A stretch of DNA of 39,604 nucleotides, taken from the NCBI GenBank assembly GCA_046289555.1, contig JBKBVM010000001.1, positions 1 to 39,604 of the forward strand. Reading direction: 5' to 3'. Both the position numbers and the translations under genes were made by a program. This document shows, piece after piece, positions 33,283 through 39,604 of this stretch (position 1 is the stretch's first letter; each line of letters starts with the position of its first letter). Under the pieces are notes generated by a model. The model had not been told where the DNA came from, searched no databases, and saw nothing but the letters and a program-made list of their open reading frames with translations. The DNA is from a bacterium. Lineage in GTDB: Bacteria > Sysuimicrobiota > Sysuimicrobiia > Sysuimicrobiales > Sysuimicrobiaceae.

Positions 33283-34421
33283 CGGACACCCTCCGGGCGG
33301 GGCGGCGCAGAGGTGGGGGCAGGCGCGGTACGCTGCCACACCACCCGGTACCGGTCCGCCAGGTGCGAGAGCACGAAGGTGGTCATCAGCAGGCCCAGGA
33401 TGGCGTAGTCCACTCCGAAGGGCAGGCGCAAAGCCCCCTGAGCGAAGCGCCCCCCCACGGACAGGCCGGCGAACAGCAACGCCATGGGGACCGCTCCCAC
33501 GGCGCTCCCACGGGCGATGAGGGCGCAGATGATGCCGTAAAAGGACAGGTCGCCGTAGTACCCGTAGTTCGTAGGGATCTTGTACAGGCCGGGCACCGCG
33601 GCGAAGTAATGGTAACCCGCTAGGCCCGAGAAGGCCCCGCCCAGCACGAACACCCACAGGGACACGCGCACGGGGTCGATCCCGGCATACCGGGCGGCCT
33701 GCGGGTTCAGGCCGAAGGTGCGGACGCGGTAGCCCGCGGCCGCCCGGAAGAAGACGAAGTCCACGACCCCAGCCGCCGCCAAGCCGAGGAAGGCGCTGGG
33801 CGGTAGGCCCAGCGGGAGGGGGGGGCGGAAGGCCTCCGGGAGCGTGAAGCTTTCGCCCTCCGCGGTCGCGCTCATGAACGCACCGCCCTCCTTGATGAAG
33901 TCCGAAACCAGCCAGAACATCACGGAGTTGAGCATCATGGTCACGAGAATCTCGTTCACCGCCAGCTTCGCCCGGAGCAGGCCCACCAGGGCGCCCAGGG
34001 CAGCGCCCGCCAGCGCCGCGGCCAAGGGCATGGACAGGAGCGCGACACCGCCGGCGGTGCCGGAGCCCAGCTCCCGGGCCCCCGCCCAGAAGGGCACCGC
34101 GAACGCCGCCAGCGCCCCCGCGTAAACCTGACCCGGCAGGCCAATGTTCCACAGCCCGCCGCGCAGGGGGATCAGGAACGCGAGGGTGCACAGCAGCAGG
34201 TAGACCGCCCGGTGCACGGTCGCGCCCAGGCCCGAGGGGTTGGCGAATGCGTAGCCGAAGGCGATCCGGTAGGCGGTCCAGGGGCCCGACTCTGGGGTCC
34301 AGAACAGCACGCTGGCCAACAGGAGCGCCAGAGCCACAGCCAGGAGGGCACCCAGAGCCACGCGGGCGGGCGAAGGGGCCTCCGCCCTTTCCACGGACAG
34401 CCGGTATGCGCCGATCCTCAA
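33279..34421 (-). CDS. ABC transporter permease (BMP/nucleoside-type importer, NupP/YufP-like)
   Basis: Listed ORF 33279..34451. It is a multi-TM protein with LWNIGLPGQVYAGALAA...VNEILVTMMLN...RTFGLNPQAARYAGI. I propose TTG 34421 as the start because GGGGAGG lies 5 nt upstream and it overlaps the ATPase stop as TTGA. GTG 34451 is the alternative. Confidence 0.85.
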   Translation of the reverse strand: MRIGAYRLSVERAEAPSPARVALGALLAVALALLLASVLFWTPESGPWTAYRIAFGYAFANPSGLGATVHRAVYLLLCTLAFLIPLRGGLWNIGLPGQVYAGALAAFAVPFWAGARELGSGTAGGVALLSMPLAAALAGAALGALVGLLRAKLAVNEILVTMMLNSVMFWLVSDFIKEGGAFMSATAEGESFTLPEAFRPPLPLGLPPSAFLGLAAAGVVDFVFFRAAAGYRVRTFGLNPQAARYAGIDPVRVSLWVFVLGGAFSGLAGYHYFAAVPGLYKIPTNYGYYGDLSFYGIICALIARGSAVGAVPMALLFAGLSVGGRFAQGALRLPFGVDYAILGLLMTTFVLSHLADRYRVVWQRTAPAPTSAPPRPEGVR

Positions 34422-35959
34422 GCGCGCCTCCCCAGCGAGCCGGCCATCCACGCGCCCACGGTCTCAGGATCCACTTCGTTTCGCGGCACGAGGGCCACGA
34501 ACCGGCCCTCGTACAGGGCTCCCACGCGGTCGCTGACGGCGAAGATCTCGTCCAAGTCCTCGGAGATGAGGAGGATCGCAGCCCCGCGCGCCTTGGCTTC
34601 GAACAGCTGGGCCCGCACGAAGGCGGCCGCCTCCACGTCGAGGCCCTGGGTGGGCAGGTGAGCGACCAGCAACCGCGGCCGCCGGGACAGTACCCGGCCG
34701 AGCACCAGCTTCTGTAGATTCCCCCCCGACAGGTGCTGTGCCCGCACGTACGGATGGGGAGCTTTCACCCGGAAGGTCGCCAGGATCTGCCGGGTCAGCC
34801 GTTCCAACCGGTCCCGGTCCAGCAGCCCCCTGGGACAGAACTCCGGGTCGAAGTGGTAGTTGAGCCCGGTGTTGTCCACCAGGCTGAGGGCCGCCACGCT
34901 GGCGACCTCGGCGCGTTCCGCGGGCACGTAGCCCAGCCCCAGGCGCCACCGGTCGAGGGTCGGAAGGTGGGTAATATCGCGGCCCAGAAGGCGCACGCGG
35001 CCGGAGGCAGCCGGCCGGAGCCCCGCGAGCACCTGGGCCAGCTCCTCCTGCCCGTTGCCGGTGACCCCCGCTACCCCCACGATCTCGCCCTCGTGTACCG
35101 TGAAGGAGACGCCTCGCAGGCTCAGCACGCCCTTGTCGTTGTACGCGGACAGGTCCTCCACTTCCAGCACCACCGGGCCGCGATGGTCGGGTGCGGGCAC
35201 GGTGGGGAGGGTGACCTCCTGGCCCACCATGTGCTGGACCAGTTCGTGGTCGGTGGTGTCCGACACCGCCAGCCGGGCCGCGACCCGGCCGGCGCGGAGT
35301 ACCGTGACGGTTCGGGCCACCGCCCGCACCACGGGCAGCTTGTGGGTGACCAGCACCACGGTGACGCCGTCCTGGTCCACGAGGGCCCGCAGCGCCCGCA
35401 GCAGGACCTGTACCTCCGGGGGCGTCAGGGCGGAGGTGGGTTCGTCCAGGATCAGAATGCGGACCCCCGCGTACAGGGCCTTGAGGATCTCCACCCACTG
35501 CTTTTCGCCCTCCGACAGCTGCCACACGCGGGCCTCCAGGTCCACGTGGACGCCGTACCGAGCGCACAGCGCCTCCAGCTGCCGGCGGGCGCCGCGCAGA
35601 TCCAGCACCCCCCGGGCCGCGGGGTGGCCCAGGACCAAGTTTTCCAGAACGGTGTGGGCCGGCACCAGTCTGCGGGTCTGGTGGACCATCCCGATGCCAG
35701 AGGTCAGCGCGTCGTGGGGCGAGCGGAAGCGAACGCGCCGGCCGCGCAGGTACACTTCCCCCTCGTCCGGGTGGATCAGCCCGAAGAGGATGTTCATGAG
35801 GGTGGTCTTCCCGGCTCCGTTCTGACCCAGCACCGCGTGGACTTCCCCCTCCGCGACTTCCAGGTCCACGCGGTCGAGGGCCCGGACCCCGGGGAAGGAC
35901 TTGGTGATCCCGCGGGCTGCGAGAACAGGCGGCGCGCGGCGCTCCAGCTCAGGCGTCAC
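34418..35959 (-). CDS. ABC transporter ATP-binding protein with two fused ABC cassettes (RbsA/NupO-like)
   Basis: Listed ORF (513 aa). First cassette: Walker A GQNGAGKTT, signature LSEGEKQ, Walker B ILILDEPT. Second cassette: GVTGNGQEE, LSGGNLQK, LLVAHLPTQGLD. Confidence 0.92.
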   Translation of the reverse strand: MTPELERRAPPVLAARGITKSFPGVRALDRVDLEVAEGEVHAVLGQNGAGKTTLMNILFGLIHPDEGEVYLRGRRVRFRSPHDALTSGIGMVHQTRRLVPAHTVLENLVLGHPAARGVLDLRGARRQLEALCARYGVHVDLEARVWQLSEGEKQWVEILKALYAGVRILILDEPTSALTPPEVQVLLRALRALVDQDGVTVVLVTHKLPVVRAVARTVTVLRAGRVAARLAVSDTTDHELVQHMVGQEVTLPTVPAPDHRGPVVLEVEDLSAYNDKGVLSLRGVSFTVHEGEIVGVAGVTGNGQEELAQVLAGLRPAASGRVRLLGRDITHLPTLDRWRLGLGYVPAERAEVASVAALSLVDNTGLNYHFDPEFCPRGLLDRDRLERLTRQILATFRVKAPHPYVRAQHLSGGNLQKLVLGRVLSRRPRLLVAHLPTQGLDVEAAAFVRAQLFEAKARGAAILLISEDLDEIFAVSDRVGALYEGRFVALVPRNEVDPETVGAWMAGSLGRRA

Positions 35960-37262
35960 GGTGTGACGGGGGGCCGCGCCCGGCCGGGCGCGGCCCCCGG
36001 GCGGGTGACTTCAGGACGGTCAGGGCGGTCAGGTCGAAGGTGTACGTAGACAGCAGCCACTCGTCTGTGGGCACCTGCCCCGCCGGCTTCACCACCGTGC
36101 CCTTGGGCGGGATGGGGGTCCCCGGTAGCGCTAGCCCGGTCCCGTTGCTCACCAGGGCGTGCACCTGGAAGGGATCCCACTGGCCTCTGCGCATCTGCTC
36201 CCGCCGCTGGGCCACCAGCCGCACGATGGACTCCGGGATCTGTCGGCGCGCCTTGGGGCTGATGGCATCCACGCCCACCTTCTTGTTGTTCATGATGTCC
36301 ACCGTGGAGACCACGGTCCCGTCCGCCAGGGTCATGGTGTCCCGCATCCCGAGGTACAGGAGGGTGCGCGGGCTCCGGTTGCCCGCCAGGTAGTCCCGCA
36401 CCATCCGGTCGTACAGGACCTCCCACCGGGTGTCGAAGGACACCGCCACCGTGTCCGTGTTGGACCAGCCGTAGAAGCCCACGATGTCCATGTCCTTCCC
36501 CACGAACCAGATCCCCCGCTGCTGCGCTACGTCCAGGGGCGAGCCGGAGTCCGTCTGCTGGGTGAGGACATCGACCTTGTACTGCGTGACCAGGGTGGTG
36601 GCCACCTCCCGCTCCTCCGTGGGCTTGTACCAGTCCCCCACGTACTTCACGTACACGTTCACCCGCTTGCCCAGGGCACGGGCGGCGTCCTGCACACCCA
36701 GGAAGAAGCCCGCGGTGCGCCGGAGCACCTGGACGTTGGGGAAGGCAGAGACCACCCCCACGTTACCGGTCCGGGTGAGGGCGCCCGCAATCAGCCCCTC
36801 CAGGTACAGGGCCTGGTACTGGCGGGGGAAGAACCGGATGAAGTTGGTCTTGCGGCTGACGTCGCTAGCCACCACGGAGCCGAAGTACACGTTGGGGTAC
36901 TTGTCCGCAATGTCCTTCAGGGGCAGGCCCATGAACTCTGCGTTCCCAACCACGATGTTGGCCCCCTGTCGAATGAGCTCCTCCGCGTAGGGGACCGTCA
37001 GGTCCGGCCCGACCTCCTCCCGGTACACGTACTTCACGTTGGGGTACTTCTGCGCGATGCGCTGGCCCGCTCGGTGATGCGCGCCGGACCACGTGGTGCC
37101 CTTGATGACGCTGAAGTGCAGGATGGCGAGGCTGACGGTGGGCGCGGCCGCGGACGCGGAGTGCACGTGCCAGAGGGAACCTACGGCCAGGGCCAGGACC
37201 AGGGCCACGGCGGAGGCCCGAGGCCAGCCGCCCGGAACGCGCGAACAGGTGTGTCGATCCAT
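35949..37262 (-). CDS. BMP-family ABC transporter substrate-binding protein (PnrA/Med/NupN-like, purine nucleoside-type)
   Basis: Listed ORF 35949..37310. I set the start to ATG 37262 (MDRHTCSRVPGGWPRASAVALVLALAVGSLWHVHSASAAAP is a signal peptide). The mature part (...GNVGVVSAFPNVQVLRRTAGFFLGVQ...VKYVGDWYKPTEE...VDVLTQQTDS...) fits the basic-membrane-protein fold. It is the first gene of the importer operon, and its 3' end overlaps the ATPase start by 11 nt. Confidence 0.8.
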   Translation of the reverse strand: MDRHTCSRVPGGWPRASAVALVLALAVGSLWHVHSASAAAPTVSLAILHFSVIKGTTWSGAHHRAGQRIAQKYPNVKYVYREEVGPDLTVPYAEELIRQGANIVVGNAEFMGLPLKDIADKYPNVYFGSVVASDVSRKTNFIRFFPRQYQALYLEGLIAGALTRTGNVGVVSAFPNVQVLRRTAGFFLGVQDAARALGKRVNVYVKYVGDWYKPTEEREVATTLVTQYKVDVLTQQTDSGSPLDVAQQRGIWFVGKDMDIVGFYGWSNTDTVAVSFDTRWEVLYDRMVRDYLAGNRSPRTLLYLGMRDTMTLADGTVVSTVDIMNNKKVGVDAISPKARRQIPESIVRLVAQRREQMRRGQWDPFQVHALVSNGTGLALPGTPIPPKGTVVKPAGQVPTDEWLLSTYTFDLTALTVLKSPARGPRPAGRGPPSHRDA

Positions 37263-37421
37263 GGCTGCCCCCTGAAGATCCGAGGCTCGCCGGCGAACCG
37301 CCGGCGGCAAGACGCGGGCTACATTCTTCGCGGGCGCGCGGTTCTCCTCCTAACGGGCGAGAGGGCTGGATGGGCAGCGGGTCGAATCCACGCACGGACG
37401 AACGCGTTCAGGGGGAAGGCT

Positions 37422-39179
37422 GTGCCGGTTCTCGCGCGGATCCGCAGAGGCAGCTACCACGATTCGGTGGCCTTGCTGCAGGCGCAGCAGGCGCTCCGGC
37501 AGATGCCAGGCGTGGAGGAGGCGGGGGTGGTCATGGCCACGCCGGCCAACCTGGCGCTGCTCCGGGGGGCAGGCCTGGACGCGCCGGAGCTGCAGGGGGC
37601 CCGGCCGGACGACCTGGTGGCGGTGGTGCGGGCGCGAACGCAGGCGGAGGCTGAGCGGGCGCTAGAGCGTCTGGACGAGTTGCTGTCGCCGCGCACACCC
37701 GCCGGGGGCACACCCTACCGACCCCGCACGGTCCGAACGGCGGTGCGCGCCCTGCCGGGGGCCAACGTGGCGGTGGTGTCCGTGCCGGGCCGGTTCGCGG
37801 CGGGAGTGGCGGAGGAGGCCCTGCGGGAGGGCCTCCACGTTTTCCTGTTCAGCGACAACGTGGCGCTGGAGGAGGAGGTGCGGCTCAAGCGCCTGGCGGC
37901 CGAGCGTGGGCTTCTGGTGATGGGGCCTGACTGCGGGACCGCCCTGGTGGGCGGAGCGGGGTTGGGGTTCGCCAACGCGGTCCGTCGCGGACGCGTGGGG
38001 ATCGTGGCGGCCTCGGGCACCGGCCTGCAGGAAGTAGCGTGTCTCGTCCACCGGTGGGGCGGTGGGGTCTCCCACGGCCTGGGTACAGGCGGGCGCGACC
38101 TGTCTGACCCGGTAGGAGGGGCGAGCTTCGCCACAGCCCTGGCGGCCCTGGCGGAGGACCCTGACACCGAGGTGGTCGTGCTCCTGTCCAAGCCGCCGTC
38201 CCCTCAGGTGGCGAGGCGGGTGCTTGCGTTGGCCCGGCAGTGCGACAAGCCGGTGGTGGTGAACTTCTTGGGTGCGCAGCCACGACCCCAGGTGGCGAAC
38301 CTGTACTTCGCGTCGACCCTCGAGGAGGCGGCGCACCTGGCGGTCCGGCTCTCTGGCGGGCACCCGCCGGCAGAGCGCGAGCCCGAGCCGGAGGGGGTGC
38401 GGTGGGCAGTGGGGCAGCGATGGCTCCGGGGTCTATTCGTGGGGGGCAGCCTGTGCGCGGAGGCCCAACTGGTGCTGCGCGGGAGGCTGGGCCGGGTGTG
38501 GTCCAACGTGCCTCTCAGCCCGGACGCGCGGCTACCGGACCCGCTGACCAGCCGGGAGCACACCGTGGTGGACGTGGGCTCCGACGAGTTCACCGTGGGG
38601 CGGCTGCACCCGATGCTGGACCCGTCCGTCCGCAGCCAAAGGCTGTTGCACGAGGCGCGGGATCCGGAGGTGGCGGTCCTGCTGGTGGACGTGGTGCTGG
38701 GCTTCGGTGCGCATCCGGACCCCGCGGGCGAGCTGGCGCAGGTGTGGGAGGACGCCTCGCGTACCGCCCGGCGGTCGGGACGGGAACTGGTGTGCGTGGC
38801 CTCGGTGTGCGGGACGGAGCTGGACCCGCAGCCGTACGGGAGCCAGGTGGAGCGGCTCCGGGGCAGCGGTGTGCTGGTGGCGCCCACGAACGCGGCGGCG
38901 GCCCGGCTCGGGGGAGCTTTGTGTGGCCGGGCCGGGGCCCGGGGAGAAGGGGGGCCGCTGCCGGTCGTGGACGTCCCGGATGGAGAGGGTTGGACCCAGG
39001 GAGTACCCGCGGCGGTGCGGGAACTCCTCCGAGGGCCGGTGCGGGCCGTCAACGTGGGCCTGGAGTCGTTCGCCCGGAGCCTGCAGTCGCAGGGCGTTCC
39101 GGTGGTGTCGGTGGACTGGAAGCCACCCGCGGCGGGCGACGCGGAGCTGTTGGAGCTGCTCTCGCGGCTGGGCGGCTGA
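37422..39179 (+). CDS. fdrA: FdrA family protein (acyl-CoA synthetase / succinyl-CoA-ligase-alpha-like; E. coli FdrA = AllF homologue)
   Basis: This is the C-terminal 585 aa of listed ORF 36159..39179. VPVLARIRRGSYHDSVALLQAQQALRQMPGVEEAGVVMATPANLALL...FSDNVALEEEVRLKRLAAERGLLVMGPDCGTALV...IVAASGTGLQE...GLGTGGRDLSD...VGRLHPMLDPSVR is collinear with my recollection of E. coli FdrA. The GTG at 37422 follows GGGGGAAGG. The listed 421-codon N-terminal extension is antisense to the binding-protein gene. Confidence 0.88.
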   Translation: MPVLARIRRGSYHDSVALLQAQQALRQMPGVEEAGVVMATPANLALLRGAGLDAPELQGARPDDLVAVVRARTQAEAERALERLDELLSPRTPAGGTPYRPRTVRTAVRALPGANVAVVSVPGRFAAGVAEEALREGLHVFLFSDNVALEEEVRLKRLAAERGLLVMGPDCGTALVGGAGLGFANAVRRGRVGIVAASGTGLQEVACLVHRWGGGVSHGLGTGGRDLSDPVGGASFATALAALAEDPDTEVVVLLSKPPSPQVARRVLALARQCDKPVVVNFLGAQPRPQVANLYFASTLEEAAHLAVRLSGGHPPAEREPEPEGVRWAVGQRWLRGLFVGGSLCAEAQLVLRGRLGRVWSNVPLSPDARLPDPLTSREHTVVDVGSDEFTVGRLHPMLDPSVRSQRLLHEARDPEVAVLLVDVVLGFGAHPDPAGELAQVWEDASRTARRSGRELVCVASVCGTELDPQPYGSQVERLRGSGVLVAPTNAAAARLGGALCGRAGARGEGGPLPVVDVPDGEGWTQGVPAAVRELLRGPVRAVNVGLESFARSLQSQGVPVVSVDWKPPAAGDAELLELLSRLGG

Positions 39180-39282
39180 ACCCCGCGGGCTTCAGGTTAA
39201 GATGGAGAGGGCTGGCGCCCGGAGAGCCCACCGGGCCCGCGCTCCGTTCGACGCGGACTTTCCAGGGACGTGGAGGCGACCC

Positions 39283-39604
39283 ATGGACGTGGACGCGGCC
39301 AACGAGGTGGTGGTGCGGAGGATCCTGGATGCGCACCCCGTGCTGGTGGGCGTGGGCAGGGCCCTGGACGTGATTCCGGGGATGCGCAAGGACCTCATCC
39401 TGCACGCGGGCCCGCCGGTGACCTGGGACCGCATGTGCGGTCCGCTGCGCGGGGCGGTGATCGGCGCGTTGTTGTACGAGGGCATGGCCCGGGACGAGCG
39501 GGAGGCGGTGGAACTGGCGGCCTCCGGTGCGGTGCGGTTCGAGCCGTGTCACCACCACGCGGCCGTGGGCCCGATGGCGGGGGTCACCTCCGCCTCCATG
39601 CCCG
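39283..39604 (+). CDS. DUF1116 family protein (E. coli YlbE = AllG homologue), N-terminal 107 codons (continues past the window end)
   Basis: ATG 39283 lies 7 nt after GGAGG, and the frame is open to the window end, so it is not in the ORF track. Translation: MDVDAANEVVVRRILDAHPVLVGVGRALDVIPGMRKDLILHAGPPVTWDRMCGPLRGAVIGALLYEGMARDEREAVELAASGAVRFEPCHHHAAVGPMAGVTSASMP. It aligns with my recollection of the YlbE N-terminus (...LLHAGPPMRWQEMTGPMKGACVGACLFEGWA...VNFIPCHHVNAVGPMGGITSASMP). Confidence 0.85.
   Translation, partial: MDVDAANEVVVRRILDAHPVLVGVGRALDVIPGMRKDLILHAGPPVTWDRMCGPLRGAVIGALLYEGMARDEREAVELAASGAVRFEPCHHHAAVGPMAGVTSASMP

Noticed and set aside
36159-37421. A 421-codon N-terminal extension of the ORF that ends as fdrA.
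   Set aside because: It lies antisense to the BMP binding-protein gene with junk composition. The FdrA homology starts at VPVLARIRRGSYHDS (GTG 37422).
37263-37421. A purine or other riboswitch upstream of the BMP binding-protein gene, and likewise in the pyrG, nuo and ATPase leaders.
   Set aside because: I could not recognise any conserved riboswitch core, such as the purine three-way junction or a T-box specifier/T-loop, by eye. Only generic GC hairpins are present, and an Infernal scan is needed before any claim.
38240-39373. A 377-aa plus-strand ORF and the 282-aa minus-strand ORF (38204..39052) overlapping fdrA.
   Set aside because: Both have G/R/A/P-rich shadow-frame composition, while the fdrA frame carries clear homology throughout.

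Overview
This is a 39.6-kb, roughly 70% GC, almost gap-free bacterial chromosomal segment. Gene content and synteny suggest a high-GC thermophilic Firmicutes-like or Thermus-like lineage, but the taxon is inference only. LEFT THIRD (minus strand, 10038 down to 1): a contiguous array with many start/stop overlaps, in the order pyrG, ilvE, nudF, xerD, deoB, punA, a HEPN-MNT toxin/antitoxin-like pair, pdp, a Pnkp-like polynucleotide kinase, hbd, and a coiled-coil repeat protein that is cut by the window edge. An ISL3-family insertion sequence (about 10184-11509) sits exactly between the divergent pyrG and nuo promoters. MIDDLE (plus strand): a seven-gene NADH:quinone oxidoreductase cluster that contains only membrane-arm subunits (nuoA-H-J-K-L-M-N, with no nuoB/C/D/I or nuoE/F/G). 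It is followed by a complete nine-gene A/V-type ATPase operon (G-I-K-E-C-F-A-B-D), DUF881-sbp, gap-pgk-tpiA, secG and tRNA-Leu(GAG). RIGHT END: a minus-strand BMP-family (nucleoside/purine-type) ABC importer with a binding protein, a double ATPase and two permeases. It is divergent from fdrA and a partial DUF1116/ylbE-like gene. Many long ORFs in the six-frame track are antisense or out-of-frame artefacts of high GC, and several true genes start well inside the listed ORFs. I re-assigned starts from remembered homologous N-termini, SD-like motifs and ATGA/GTGA/TTGA stop-start overlaps. I saw no CRISPR array, rRNA or prophage. All family assignments come from reading the translations, with no database search.
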